This document shows positions 25,312 to 39,796 of a stretch of 64,000 nucleotides of DNA, piece after piece (position 1 is the first letter of the stretch; each line of letters opens with the position of its first letter). The stretch comes from Lama glama (taxonomy: Eukaryota). The stretch covers positions 29,266,001 through 29,330,000 of the forward strand of contig CM052817.1 in assembly GCA_028534125.1 (NCBI GenBank), in the 5' to 3' direction. The notes below the pieces were generated by a model that saw only the letters and a program-made list of their open reading frames with translations, was not told where the DNA came from and made no database searches. A program made the position numbers and the translations under genes.

Positions 25312-28300
25312 TAAAGATCTTAGCAAAGATGTCTTTTCTAGTTCTGTCATTTTCTCAGCAGATGATTCTTAATCCTGTTACACTTAAACTTATTAGGTGT
25401 GAGTCTCATATTAATTTCAGTCTGGAAGGTAGCAATTGCCTTAAGTTGTCAAGAATACTACAAGAATGTCAGGAAAAGAACGAAAAGAACAAAAAGCAAA
25501 GTTAAAAATACTTGGTACCCTAAAAAAGAAACTGATAAAATAAAATTTAAAAAAAAAATCACTGGATTACTAAATACTAAATAAAATAGTATATAATGGA
25601 ATAGGTAAGGATTTGCATTTTTCTCTGCTGAGAGGCACTGGAATGAATTATGTACTAAAAAGAAATAAAAGATGGATATATGATAGGACCAAGAGTCTAT
25701 GTTCTATGAAAGGAGTTCACAGCAATTGTAGAAAAGATAAGCCAATGGGCCTGGAGGGAAATATTTTGGGATTTTTATACCAAAGAAACTTGGACAAGTA
25801 GATCTTTTGGAGAAGATAGATCCCTGATGAAGATACCTCATACTTTACTTGTAACTTGTAAATTAATGCAATAAAAGAAATGTACTCTTTGAGCCTAGTG
25901 AATAGCAGAAAATTATTTTTCTTTTACCCACCAAAAACTCTGGCCTATTTGATTGATTCACATTTTTCTGCTGTTGAATGTCCAATAAAGAATTGTCACT
26001 AATTGACACAATTACTATAAAATACCCATGACTACAATTATTGTCTTGGTACACAATAAACAGTAATTGATTAAAATAAACCCAGGGGAGGCTGGAAATA
26101 TGAAAGACCTTGGAGACAGTCTCACATCACTTTCTCTGCATAGGTGAGGAGAGTAATACTTTAAGGTATTATTTAAAACAGTTCCTTAGCTACTTATCTG
26201 CAGAAACTGGTTGAAAATTTGAGAGATAGATTTGGAATTGAAATACAGAGCTGGGAGTCACTAGATTTCTGTGTAATTACAAGGTAACTATTTCTTAGAA
26301 CACATTCAGAAATGATGCTGGAGTAGGCAGATTTGGAATTCAGAGGCCTGGGCTTGGTAAATGTCAGTCTGAGAGACTACATCAAGAACTTTTCCTTAGT
26401 CACTGAGCATCAGTTAATAATAGCGAGAGAGAGGAAAATAAGGGAGAAAGCTGACGGAGGCGGGAGAAAAATTGCTGTGCTGTGTTAATGTTGAACATTA
26501 TGACATTTTAGTGGCATCAGTCCGGATAACTATTTTTCATCGCTGTGTTCATTACTTGGGAGTAGCCATACAAATGACGAATTCTTTGATTGAAGGCCAA
26601 ATTTGATGGAAATAAGCTGATGCTAGCAGCATTAGCGAGAAGGGTAGAATGTTTTGATCAGAGCGAGATTTTGTAATTTAAGGTTTCAGAAACTGAAGTG
26701 TTACTGGCCGACAGCAGATTCCAGGACGGGGACACCAGAGGGGACCAGGGGAGTGGAATGTGTATGAGATAAGTAGAATTTTGCAAAACCAGAAAATAAA
26801 GTCTCTAGATTCAGATAACTTTGTCACCTGGTCACTAGTTTACTGAAGATGGGGATAAATGTCAAAATAAAAAGGAAGATGACAAGTGAGGCGCCAAGAC
26901 GACTGATGAGTAAATGAGACAGGTGAGCAGCTGCTTGATGCAGAGGAGGATGAAGCAGTGCTCGTCCAAAATGAGCACCACGAAGTAAACGGCTACCGTG
27001 AAGTTCCCCTGCCAAAGATGGGAGACTGAGAGGGCAGCACTTAATAGGGTTTTGTAAGGGAAGCAGTGTTCTGTCAGCCAGAAATCTGTCAGGAAAACAG
27101 ATGCCTCTAGCTATTTCAAGGAAAGGATTTACTATAGAGAATTAGAGGCTTACAAAATGGGGAAGATGCCTTGTTCATTTAGGACATTATTACAGGAAAA
27201 AAAAAAAAAAGAGGAAACCATTGCTAATAATCGTGGCTGCCTGTAGACTGGAAGTAGTTTAACAGGAGGAAGCACCAGTTCCACCGGGTAAGTCTCAGAT
27301 CCACAGTCGGCTGAATGCTGACCTACAACTGCTCTTTTAGCTTCCAACTCTTACTTGCAAATGACTCTGGTTAGTAGACTCCACACCAGAACCTACACCA
27401 GAATGGTGCTGGCCAATGAGTCTGGAAATAATTTTTCTAACCTCTGTCCCTTAGGATACATGGTGATGGGCTGCTTAGCAGGTGGGAATAGTAGTACTGA
27501 GCGTGAACAGATGATATTAAGGAGAAGTATATTCAAGTAGGAGGCATTAAGACAAGGAGCTAGAAGGGACATTAGGAATAGGTCAACTAGAGAGATTTAT
27601 TTGTTATTGTGAGACAGGGACTAAAAAGGTCAGAGGAAAAAGTTTTGCAAAAGAGAACAGTGGGAAATTGCATCAAGACCAAGAAAGCACAGAGCTTTGT
27701 GAATGTAAAACTTTATGGAACCAGGAAAAGACTTATTTTTGAGGGATTCCCTCAGAAAGGAGAGAATCATTTTTGGGGCGTTAATTCAAATAGCACAATG
27801 AAGTGAGGCATAGTAGGACTGATTTCAAGTTTCCTCAAAAAAAAAAAAACAACTTCCGCATTTTTTTTGCTTAATAAAAAGAAAAACTCAGGTCTTCTGG
27901 ATGAAATTGGCAACTTGAATTGTTTATATATCTATAGAAATTCTAAGCTGACAGGCAGTGACCTTCTAGGATCCTAATTATGTGTTAGAAACAGTGGCAA
28001 CCTGTGATAAATGGCGACCTACTTCCAATGGAAATGGAAGTCAATTTTAAAGGACTTTTTTCTTTACTCCAAATTTCTGCAAAACATTAACACAACATGT
28101 GAATATCAAAGAGGAGAATACAATGTGGTGCATGAGTTAGATTGCATTATTGTTCTAATTATTTATGAGTCCTTGGAGAGGATTATGAATTCTACTCCAC
28201 TGACCTGGTTTTGGTGGGGAAAAAAATGAGTGGACCTGTGCTATTTATGAACAGAAAGACGTTTAAGAGGCATCACCGTCATGTTTCCACTATCCCTCTT

Positions 28301-28937
28301 TTCCCTCTGTCACCAGTTAGCATGCCCTAGATAGGGGCAGCTCTCTAAGCCCAAGTCCCTGAATGAAGAGTGCATGGTTGCAGCTGACCAGTAATGAACT
28401 GACATGAGAAGAAAATCTGTCTCCATTTTTGTAACTACAGAGATTTTGAGGTTGTAACTACACTGATCCTTATTTGAACAGTACACATTGTATTTTCCAA
28501 ATATATATGATTATGGAAATAGTTTTAGTCTCAAAATGTAGTGGGGCACATTTCATTGAAAATGTGGGGGAAATACTGGTTTAAGCAATTAATATTGTTG
28601 GTGTCCTGAATGGGTAATCTTTGAGATACAGAAATGAAATTATCTTGATAAACATTCCCAAACAACTCTCTAGGAGTTTAAGAAGATACATACTATTATT
28701 ATAACACAGTAACATTAACAGGTTTTAAAATGTTTTTGATTGTTTTGTAACTTTATTATTGTTACAAGTATGATACCCAAGTGGTTATTTTGTGTCACAA
28801 AATAGTAGTTGGGGAAAACAGAAGATCATATCGCTCATCCTAGTCCCTGTCGATTTGAGTCAGGGATGAAGATTTTCATTGTTAAACTCAGGTCTTGCGC
28901 TAACTCTGACTGGAAGAGGTAAACAAATAAAAGGAGC

Positions 28938-29184
28938 TAGAATGTGCTGGTAAATGTTTAACAACTGCCTCTTGAGGAAAAGAAAAGAAAAAACAAAACA
29001 AAACAAACAAAAAAACAAGGCAAAAGGCCCTGACTTGTAGCATTTGCCAATTTCCAATGCAGAAATACTCCTGACATAGCCAGTTTCAAACTACTGTCAT
29101 AAAGTCACTGATGATGAAGTTGGGAAGAGGTGTACCCACTTACTGGTTGTCCTGACCGTTCAAGCCAGCTTCTGTACACAGCTG
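28938..29184 (-). mobile_element. MER63-like hAT-Blackjack MITE
   Basis: TGTGCTGGTAAATGTTTAACAAC...CCCTGACTTGTAGCATTTGCCAATTTCC...GTTGGGAAGAGG...ACACAGCTG. Confidence 0.85.
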
Positions 29185-32100
29185 ATGTATAGCTTGAGCC
29201 TTGTGAAGTCTGGATTTCATTGTATTACTATTGAACTGTTTTCATAGAGTAAGCCCTGGTCACCCTAGAGTATTAAATGTTACAGTGTCTCCTCATTTTG
29301 TATACTGCATTTGTCAAATCAAAATGAGAAAGTTTCTGTCTTCTGTTTCTCTTTGACACTATTAGGTTTGGCTTGGAGGCCAGGATCTGTGGTGAGTCAC
29401 AGCCCAGTTTTCTAAAAACCTGAGAATGCTGGCTTTTGAGAACCTTTCCGCTTGGGAGCTGAATTCTACTCTTTCTACCTTCTGACTATATATGCATCAG
29501 CTGCCCAAGATACCGATTTCTTCACACCTTGTCTTCAAAAGTTGGTTCTCATCAATCTTCATTCTATCTTACCCCACCCCTCCCTCCCCCCTGAATTTTC
29601 ATTTTTCCATCTTTGACACCCATCTAGATCAGCTTGCATTTGCCCATTTGAGCATTTCATCAGTTGCCCAGTTACCCTGTTTTCGTGACACTGACTTTTT
29701 ACTATCTCCGATGATTAAGATCAGAGTGTGCCTCACCCCAAGCCTCTGAGTTATAACAACTCTTGTGAGTACATGTAATACAGATGCTTTAGACAGTTTG
29801 ATTAATATTTTTAATTAATGTATTAAAAAGACCCAAGGGAATTAAAACCTCACATTTATCAGATTTTTCTAAATTTCTGAGATACAGTATTATAATGTAA
29901 AAACGATGCTGGTTGAAAGATATTTTGCAGTAATTCTTTCTTGGGTAAATAATGAGAAAGCAAAAAACAATGAAATATATTTAATGTAGGTATGCATAAA
30001 CTTGATAAGATTACTTTACTTGGGGGGAATAATGTGAATACATTCTTTCAAAAGTATGTAATCTGATATCTTTAAATCTTGTTCAGTTAATACTGAAAAT
30101 TTTCTCCAATAAAATAAGATAGAAAGCCTGTTTAGAGAGGTGTACCCTCTCACGTATGTGTATATTTATCTTCAAATGGCCAGGGTGACCTTGCTTGAAC
30201 ATGGAGAAAATCCTTTTTAATAGAGACACACCCAAATTCAAAAGAGTTTCTACTGTGTCCTCAGTAGCACTTAGATTCCACTAATGTGAGCCTGCTGGAA
30301 TAACCCCGAATGTCTGTGTTTCGTAAAGTCCAAGCTACAGGGAATTGGTAGAAGGATCCTCTTCTAACCTGCAGGGCTGCTCCATGTTACTTTTTAAATT
30401 AATAGTGACAAGATGATAGTTCAAATCCTTGTTTTGGTAATCTTATGCTTTTCTATAGTTAAAAGCATTTCTACGTCTATAAATTACGGTATATTAATTT
30501 ATTATTTGCTGCCCGGAGATCAAAATTCTAATTTAAAATATCATGATACTTTTTGTAAGTCAAAACTAAAGCAGCTTTCTAGTATTCACAGATATTTTTA
30601 CTCTTATTATTCAGAAACCTATTGAATATACAAATATTTTCTAGTCCATGTTTCCATGTATCTGCTGCATCTCTTTTTATATGGCAGTTACTCTGGATGC
30701 ATGTGCTCTCTGCAGAATCATGCAATTAGTTATTTCTGATTACAGAGTATATGAATAAATGACATATAAATTTTATATTTTGGGAACGTAGAAAACAATT
30801 CTGAAATACCACTGACATTTGGCAAAAACTGCATCATTCACAAAGTCATACTCAAATGGGTAAATATGCTCCCGAAACCAAACTGCATTCATCTTGGGTG
30901 TCAAAGTAAAATTGCACTGGATAAAGAAGACTTTAAGATTATTGCAATAGAAGAGAGAGACTGAAATCCTTTCCCCTGAAACAAAAGGGGGGAATTTTTT
31001 AAGCCTTGAAGTGAGCCAGTAGAAAAGCACTGGGTACTTTAGGATAGAGGTTAGTCAACAAGATGTGTTCAGCCCGATGAATTATTCCTGATTTTGCAAC
31101 AAAAAATTTTCTTTGTTTAGGCTGTGTCTGCTAATTAGCACCCATTAAAGTCTGACTCTTACCCTCCCACAGAGACTGGAAGATCAGGGTACTATCACTT
31201 TTGATATTTCATGATCAGGCTTGAGACAAGTTATTTAAACTAAATCTTGTACATACTTGTTACTGATACTGGACACTCTTACTCCTTTTACTGGAACCAT
31301 GTTTCTTTATAAGTCATAGGAAATTTACCACAAGACTGAGAATTTTGGCCAGGATTTTTTGGGAGATTTTATTGGCACAAAATATTGTCAACCTAAGGGA
31401 ACCAGACTTTGTTACAGCAGTAAGGCCTGATTCAGAGAGACCCACGTTCATAAAGGTTATACACCTGCCATATTTTAATAACTTTCTGAGTTTCTTCTTC
31501 CCAATGTTGTGACAGTGCACGTAACAACAAAGTAGAGAGGGCTGTCGCACATGCTGTCTTGTTTATGTACTTTGTCTTAACGCTTTGATATTTCAGGGTT
31601 ATACTCTGCCACCACCAATATGTTTTACACTGAGCACTGATGACAAGTGGCCTACATTTTAGAGCTCAGAAGGTCTGTTTCTCATAGAGATTTGGGGAAA
31701 ATCAGTGGCATGCTCAACCAATTAGCTAGGGCAACTGTAAAGGCAAAGTGAGCAAGGCTATTATGCAAATTTTGAGCCTTTCACAGTTAGATGGGCTTAA
31801 AGCTTTCTGGTCCAGAGTGGGAGAGGATATGTTTTCTTCCTGGAAAAATAATTTTTAATAAATCAAATTTATAAGATTACTAACACTCTTTGTTATCAAG
31901 ACTAAGTCTACCTGATTTCCTATCTTCCTTATCATCATTAACACTAATTTGGATATTTTCACTTGTCCATTAACTTTTCTGCAGTTCATGTCAGTCTCCA
32001 AATTTGCATATTTATGTCTATTCCCCAAATCTCTATTGCTCACTATCATCATTGAGTGCCCCCAAATGCCTGTTTCTACCACATTCCCATGCCTGACACC

Positions 32101-33123
32101 AGCCATCTGCTTCCTCTATCCTTGAACAATGACTTTCTGCTCATCTCCTTAACTCTGACCTGGAGGAGGACTGCCCTCTTGAATGTGTGTCATAGTTTCT
32201 CAATTCACCTTTTGCATTGCATTTTAGTAATCAAAAAACAATCTCACACAATGTTCAGGAAGCACGGAAGCTTGGGGAAAAGGCATCTATTAAAAACAAA
32301 ATATAATAGAACACACAGGAGTAAGAAGGAGAGCATTGTTTCTAGTGTTATTTCTGGGAATGATAAACATAACACTTTCTAGCATCTGAGAGCTGTTTTC
32401 TCACCTGAGAGGTGCAAAGAAAAAAAGGAGGAAAATGAAGTACAGAAGTTAAAATACTTCCAACATCTGCACAGAATTTCCTCAAAGTAGAACCAAGAGG
32501 AAATAAGAGAAACCTGGGGATATTAAAAGTGGCTCAGCATATTTTCTTACCAATATTTTCTTACCAGTGACTTAGTGACTCATTAATTTCTTACCTACAT
32601 TGTTCTCACTCAGTGTTTGTTCAAGAAGTGTTTGTTAGGCACTTAATTTTTCCAAGGTATTATGAAAGATTCCTGGATATACAATTATTTAGAAATAATT
32701 TCTGCTCTCAAGTAATTTAAAAGTAAAAAGAAGAATGGTGAGAAAATAGGTAAATGTGATATAGAGAGAGGAGTACCTCAGTAAGGCTAAGTAAGGGAGA
32801 CAGGAGAACAATTAATAGGGGCAGTGAACCACATCTTGGAGCAATCACCAAAGACCACTTTGGTAGACATTTCCTGTTATGTGCTTCCAGAAGCATATGT
32901 GGGTTTCGCTGTGAAATGTGTTACTCGAACTAAAACTTCAAAAGTATTTGTGTATTTAATTTTGAATTCTTTCTCTCAATTGCTCTCTGAAGGGCTTGCA
33001 CACATTTATTCTACCACTAAATGTTTTATACCCTCACTAATGGTGAAGTTCAGCACAAACTGCCCCCAAATATGCTACAGTGCCATATTGATTATTTTAA
33101 ATTAAAGTTACTTAAATGGCCAA

Positions 33124-33563
33124 TGTTAAGAGGGACATTCTGACCCTCCTTTTTGTCTCTCTGAATGCAAGAAATAATCTCCCATGTGACATCTGGAGGT
33201 AGGATGCCCTTCATAGCTAGAGATGAATTCAGGCTGAGAAGCCAGTATAAACAAATCTTATTTAATTTGTTACCCTAAGTCCAAAAAACTGTTTAAATAC
33301 TTCACTAATTGAGCACCCAACATCTAAGTTTCTTTGTGCTGTCAATTCTTCACAAATGTATTGTTTCTTTATCTAAAAAGTATAAAAATGTCCTGCTTTG
33401 GTCACTTCTTAGGTCATATTTATATGAGATCTCTGTGTGCATGAATTAAAATTGCTTTTCTTCCGTTAATCTGTCTTGTGTCAATTTGTCGTGTCAATTT
33501 TATTATTTGTCCAGCTGCAAGAACTCAGTAGAGATACAGGGAGCTATTTCTGCCTCCCCAACC
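33124..33563 (+). mobile_element. ERV1-type solo LTR (MER34/MER39-like)
   Basis: TG start, AAAAGTATAAAA TATA-like box, ATTAAA, TTAATCTGTCTTGTGTCAATTT. Confidence 0.7.
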
Positions 33564-33964
33564 CTAACTTTGTGTGATATCAAGAATCTGAGCTCTGATA
33601 TTCTGATGGATTTGTCTTCTCATATCTTTATTTTTAGCAAGGTAGGCACCTCTTTGTAGAATTAGAAACCATCCATATTTTTTCCTGTGAACTCTTCATG
33701 TACTTTGCCTGTTTTTAAAAAACAAATTGTTTTAATCTTTTTTCTAATGGCTTGGAAGGAAGAGCTCATTATATATTTAAAACACTATTTTTTAAATCAT
33801 ATGTGATGTAAAAATTTCCCACAGATGGTTTCTCTTATGGCTTAATAGCAATTTGTTCTGTACAGAAGTAGTTTATTTTTATGTAGTCTAACTTTTCATG
33901 TTAGGGGATTATTCCTCTATTCTAGGAATTCCTCTATTCTAGTGTTTTATATTATAGCTTATAC

Positions 33965-34522
33965 TGAAGGGAAGCAAAATTTGCCACCCCAACATATTTC
34001 TTCGGCATAAAGAATAATTTAGGATGATGGTTTTTAAGGAACAAAATACTAAGAAAGTCTTTCTTCATACCTTCTGCTTAGCTGCTTAAAGAATTTAGAT
34101 AAAGGGCTTGTTCCTGGAATAGAGCTATCACCAGAAATACCTGCAAAAAATACGGACTGGGTGTGGTAGGGGAGACTTGGCAGGGCTATTGATCAGTCAA
34201 CTTTTTGTCTCTGCAAGACCCCAACAAACATTTACTCATCAGATATTTGCTTTTCCATCTCCATGTGCATTGTCTTTCTCTTTGAGGTCCCAAACCACTA
34301 CTCAACATCCTTCTTTGTGTTTAGCTGAAGGTGGTATCTGAGGTGAGGGTTTTGGCCACCGTGGCAAATTACTCAAGTTTTCCTGGGCTCTCCCATGTAT
34401 ACAGAAGGCATATATGTTATTATACTTTGTTTTTCTTCTGTTACTTTGTCTTACATTAGTTTAATTCTTAGACCAGCTAGAAGAACTTAGGAAGGTGGAG
34501 GAAAACTTTTCCCTCCCTGACA
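33965..34522 (+). mobile_element. ERV1-type solo LTR (MER34-like)
   Basis: TGAAGGGAAGCAAAATTTGCCACCCCAA...TTCCCTCCCTGACA; TG...CA ends; 4-bp flanks ATAC/ATAT. Confidence 0.85.
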
Positions 34523-36779
34523 ATATTAAGGAATTAAATGATGTGTGCTCTTCTGTGCCAAGTTCCCCTCCTCAACCCACTTAACAGTTTGTAATGCACA
34601 ATGTGGGATACCTATAACTCAAGCTTTATCAGTATGAAACCTGCAGATATTTCTCTCAATAATTTATGTAGTCAGTCCCTTATTAGACATATAATCTTCT
34701 TGGCATCTACAGAGATGAATGTAATGTTTTCACATTTTGATGAACATTACTGATTCTATTAATGAATCCCTAATAAACTGTTTGCCTTCCTATTTTATGT
34801 GCTACTGGTTTCAATTTGCTCATATTTTATTTCAGATTATTAATATATTTTAATTTGCTGGCTGATTTATTTATATTTTCTTTATGAGATTGCTTTTTAG
34901 TGCTTTTTGGTGTGTAACCTTTGTCAGGTAGGGGTCAGTGTTGTTGATCTCAGTAAACTGGTGGTCTGGCTTCTCTTTATTTTCTGGATCAATTTAGGGA
35001 GAATTAGTATTTCTTCTTCCTCAAAAGTTAAAAGGAATTATGTAACTATCTGGGCCTGGAGCTTGCTTAGGGGCAGCTATGTGATAATCTCAAATTTTCA
35101 AAATTTAAATTCTTTAGTATGGAACTTGCAAGTTTCTACTTGATGTCAGGTAAACCTTTATAATTTATATTGCTCATAAAATATTAATTTTATATTAATA
35201 TTCGTATTTATATTGTTTAATAAGGTATCAAAAATTGATTTGTATCTATGATTTTTCTCTACTTAGTTTTTAGATTTTAACTTTATTTCCTCCATGACTA
35301 GTTTTTCTGATGCTTGCTTACTGTATTTTATTTTAATTTTACTTATTTTGTTGATTTTTCTTATAAAAATCAGTTCATGGGCTGTTTTGCACTTTAAAAA
35401 TTATTAATTTCTCCTTTATGCTTTACCAGTTCTTTTGTCCTACTTCCCTTGGCTTGTTCAGTTATATTTTTCTAAAGTTTTGAATTAGTTACTTGACTCA
35501 TTTATCTTCATTTCATATGTAAATTAGCTATTTAAATCCATCATCCTCTGATTAAAACTTTAGTTATATTCCATAAATACAAATTTTTAAAAGTATTTCC
35601 CTTTATATTTTGTAAAATTTTGGCAGTACTTTGAGAAATACTTTAGGGTATTTTGAGTAAAATTCTTTACTATGTTTTCTTAGCATTTATTGCAGTTTAT
35701 GAAACAAATTATGCTCTGATTTTTTTGTGCATAAAAGTTTATGGCATTTTTTTGTGGTATGTATTCTTTAAAATTATAAATTGTCCTTCAAAATCTATTT
35801 ACTGCTACTCAACGTGAATTAGACCTTATTTGACAATTAAGCCATGGTTCTCATTTCAAACATTTTTAGATTACTTGTATATATCACTGGGTTTTGCTTT
35901 GAGCCATTTTTAGAGGCCTTTTTTTGTTTGTTTAAGTGAATATTTCTGATCTCTTGTTGTGACACAAGAGTTTCTATTTATGCCTATAATTAATTTGTCT
36001 CATATTTTCTCTTTTTATTATGCCTTAAAAAATTGCTCACTCGACCTTTATTGTATTTGAGTTGGAGTGTGTGTGTGTGTTCATTTTTAGAATGTGAAGC
36101 TTTATCTTTATCATTTATTTTCTTTGAGTCATTAAGTTATAGCTATTTATCAGTAATCTTTAAATTTTTTGATCATATACGATTAGTAAACAAAAAATTC
36201 AAAACAGAATCCCAATATGTATAAATATATATATATACTTTTTATATGTAAAAGTTTCAGTATGTATATTAAATGCATGAAAAATAAATTTATCTCATAT
36301 TCCAGATACAAACACCTACAGGTAGAAATGGCAATATTTTATTTTGATACCTTGGGAAATCTTATATAATTCCTGTGGTATAGACAATACTGAATCTTAA
36401 TGTAGTAATTTTAGGCATTATCTATTGACTTCACAGTCTAGAATAAGGTAATGTGTATGCGTTTATTTCACTCCAGCTTCCCTAAATGCATTATTACTCC
36501 TTAACTTCCCCCACCTAATTACATTATTTCCAGCTCTTATGATGGTGACATTTGCATCTTAAATGAAATACTTACACCTCTTTTACTCAGTATCAATTTT
36601 AAGTGGTTTCTACCAAATTCTCACTCCTTGTTCTGAAAAATTAGGTTACTAGAGGCTTTTCAAACTGGTCTCCACTTACACGGCTTCTTTTAAACATTGC
36701 TTTTCTTTTCTCTCTATGAAACATAACTGATGGACGTCCATCACGTGTGAAACCCATTTCCCAGCGACCTTGATGTATC

Positions 36780-37080
36780 TTGCTCTGGCAGATTGTATTT
36801 TCCAAAGATGGATGAAACAGTATGTTGCCTCCCAGATGCTCTTCTACCATCTGACCTTGCCAACCTGCCACCTCTGCCCTCTCCGCTTGAATCTGGGTGG
36901 ATAGTATGTTGCTCTTGATCAACTGAATGCAGTGGAAATGCTGTTGTGTAACCTGCACACCTAGGTGAGAAAAGGCCTTGCAGCTTTGGCTTGTTGTCTT
37001 GAGATACTCTCTTTAGTGACAATCAGGGGCTGTGGAGGAAGTGAGACCATCATGCTGGAGAGGACACATGTAAATCCTGG
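36780..37080 (+). mobile_element. MaLR LTR 5' part (MLT1G/H-like)
   Basis: TGGCAGATTGTATTTTCCAAAGATGG...CTTGAATCTGGGTGG...CCATCATGCTGGAGAGG. Confidence 0.75.
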
Positions 37081-37817
37081 ATGTCCCTAAATCCTCTTTT
37101 ACCTTTATATTTGGAAGTTCCTTCACCCTCCTCCACCTTTTCTCCCTTTTGCTGAATAACTAGCTCACTTATGGTATCCCTCTGCTGTTACAGAATATCT
37201 TTGCTGATTTCTTTCAGCTGTGCCTTATGTTCTTGCTTTGATGGATGTCATGTTTTCTTCTGTATCATGTTTTAGTTCAAGAAATATTAGTCAGGATTTT
37301 CACTAGTTATGTACAGACATTTTTTTATGTGCTGTTCAGCTGCCTTTGATTTGTGATTTTCTCTTTCTTCCTAGTACAGTAATTTTACATAGATATTTTT
37401 AAATTACTTATATTTAAATCAAGGTTTTCTAGGATCAGATAATTTATTTTTCTGTAAATGATGGTAGATGTGTCTGGAGAGTTAGCAGTAATGACAGGCA
37501 GTTTGAACTTACTTCTGTGGTCTATGGAAACTTTCTCGTCAACACTTGCCTTTTTGACTAGATTTAGAAAGTCCCATTGGCTCAGAATGAAGCCTTGCAC
37601 GTTTTTGTGGGTTTCCCTTGTTTTTCTGTTTTTTCCCCCTCCCCTGAGACTCTTTTCAGATGACAAAAATTGGCAGGTGCAGAGCTTCTCATGACTTATA
37701 ATTTTTCCTCTTTTCTAGCATGAAGATTACTGGCTGGTAAACATAGATATAATTGCCAACTTCCAGATTCAGTGCAGTTTGTTTGCCAGGCCATTGTATT
37801 CAACCCTGGACAGAGAG

Positions 37818-38682
37818 TGTAATATTGTGACTTATAATAAGAAATGTGTATTTGGTCTTTGTCACCGTTTCTGGTACCAAACGCTTAAACTCTTGGAATT
37901 TCATAAGTGATGAGAGCAACAAAGGTGCCTTTTCTTATGCTAATGAGGTGACTTTTAGACTTCTCTTAAGGATGGGGTTTGCTGCCAGGGAACAAACCAT
38001 ATGCTTATAGGATTGGAACTTTCTGTCCCACCTTCTGTTCTCCAGGGAGGAGAGAGGGGCTGGAGGTTGAACCAATCACCATTGGGCAATGACTTACTCA
38101 AGCCTATGTAATGAAGGCTCCATGAAAACCCAAAAGGATGGAGTTCAGAGTACTTCCAATTTGGCGAACACATGGAGGGGCTGGGAGCGTGGTGCACCAG
38201 GAGAAGGCATGGAAGCTTTCTGCCCTTTCCCCATAACGTGCCTTTTGCATCTCTTCCATCTGACTGTTTCTGACCTTCATCTTTTTGCAATAAACCAAGG
38301 CTCTAGTAAATAAAATGTTTCTGAGTTCTGTAAGCCATTCCAGGAAATTAATCTAACCAAAGAAGGGAGTGTGGGCATCTCTGATTTATAGCCAGTTGGT
38401 CAGAATTACAGGTAACAACCTGGACTTGCAACAAGTATCTGAAGTCCAAGAAGGTGGTAATTGGAACCTCCAAATTGTAGCCAGTCAGTCAGAAGAACAA
38501 GTAACAGTGATGGCTTTTGATAAGCATCTGAAGTGAGGTTAGGAGGGGAGATCTGTACGATTGAACACTTAAACTATGGGATCTGATGCTATTTTGGGTA
38601 GATAGTGTTAGAAATGAGTCGAATTACGGGACACCCAGCTGGTGCCCAGAGTATTGTTTGTTGTTGGTGTTGGGGATCTTCC

Positions 38683-38742
<60 letters not shown>

Positions 38743-38763
38743 AATTGGGTCCAGGAACCCCAA
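37818..38763 (+). mobile_element. MER21-like solo LTR
   Basis: TGTAATATTGTGACTTATAATAAGAAATGTGTATTTGGTC start; TTATGCTAATGAGGTGACT; GGTAACAACCTGGACTTGC; AGAG on both flanks. Confidence 0.85.
38685..38740. repeat. (CA)28 microsatellite inside the MER21-like LTR
   Basis: Direct inspection. Confidence 0.95.
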
Positions 38764-39674
38764 AGAGAAAGATTTCTAGAGACAGCCCCTTCTTTTTATT
38801 CATGAGGTCCTTTTTGTAACCTTGTGGGAAGGGATAGTGATGATCCACATGGTGTATAATGACAGTGTTCTTGGGACCTTCTGTGATACAAAACTAAGTA
38901 ACTACAGAGATGTCTCCAGCTTCTCCTATGGCCCACCCAGAAAGAAGTATGGTTTTTACATCTAGTATTTTATGTCTCTTTTAAAAAATTTTGTCATTAG
39001 CCTGTTAATGTCTCTCATTAATTCCATTTTCCAAGTGAAATAAATTTAGGCAGTGCCTTCCTGGGTAGCCTCTCTGAGTTTAGAAAAATCTTTCTCTTGA
39101 AAACTTTATGTAGAAGGACGTAAGTATTCTAGACTTTGTGATTTAAAATTTTATGAACTTTACTGTCCTTGTTAGTTATTCTTTATAATACATGATTAGT
39201 GATTTTATTTAATTCACTATCTTATTAAATATTTTTTCTTCTATTTTCTTTTTTGGTGGGAGTTTAAGCAGAAAATAAAATTAAAATTGCTGAAGTCTTA
39301 TATCATTGATTTGTAAAGCCACTCAAGATTTTCATTTTAAAGAAGTTCTCTTTGATAATAGATTATTGAGGGTAGAGGAAGAGAAGAAAGAAGGTTGTAA
39401 GACTAGATCAAAGGCCTTTAATAAGAGGAGATACAGACTAAAATGTTGGCATTGACAACAAAGAGAATGAAAATAATTTGAGGAATGTTAAAGAAGTAGA
39501 GCTGGAAGAATTTCATGATTATTTTCATGCTGGGATTGAGGGAGACAACAGAATCGAGCATAAAAATCAATTTGGTGTTGAGGTACCAGGTTAATTTTCT
39601 GCCATCTCCTGGATTATGGAAATCAGAAGAAAAGTGAGTATGTTCTAAGAGATAATGAGTTTATTGTTGTAAAG

Positions 39675-39796
39675 AGTAGTTTCTAGTGAGTAGGGGGATA
39701 GGAATGCTGCTAAAAATCATTTAATGTACAGAGTATCCCCTCAACAAAGAATTATCTGACCCAAAGTTCAATCATGCCGAGGTTGAGAAACTGTGC
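39675..39796 (+). mobile_element. MER20 3' half
   Basis: ATGCTGCTAAA...CAACAAAGAATTATCTGACCCAAA...GCCGAGGTTGAGAAAC. Confidence 0.85.

Larger units (their letters stand above)
32830..36600 (-). mobile_element. Highly decayed ancient L1 (L1M/L1ME-like), interrupted by two LTRs
   Basis: Long T-rich tract with antisense-L1 motifs (ATTAGTATTTCTTCTTCCTCAAAAGTT, CTATCTGGGCCTGG); boundaries approximate. Confidence 0.6.

Noticed and set aside
32539..33942. Short tandem duplications (ATATTTTCTTACCA x2; ATTCCTCTATTCTAG x2)
   Set aside because: Ordinary slippage duplications; no spacer-repeat periodicity, so not a CRISPR-like array.
38586..38819. ORFs with HT/TH repeats (also CV repeats at 11.0 and 20.5 kb)
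   Set aside because: Translations of (CA)n/(TG)n microsatellites.
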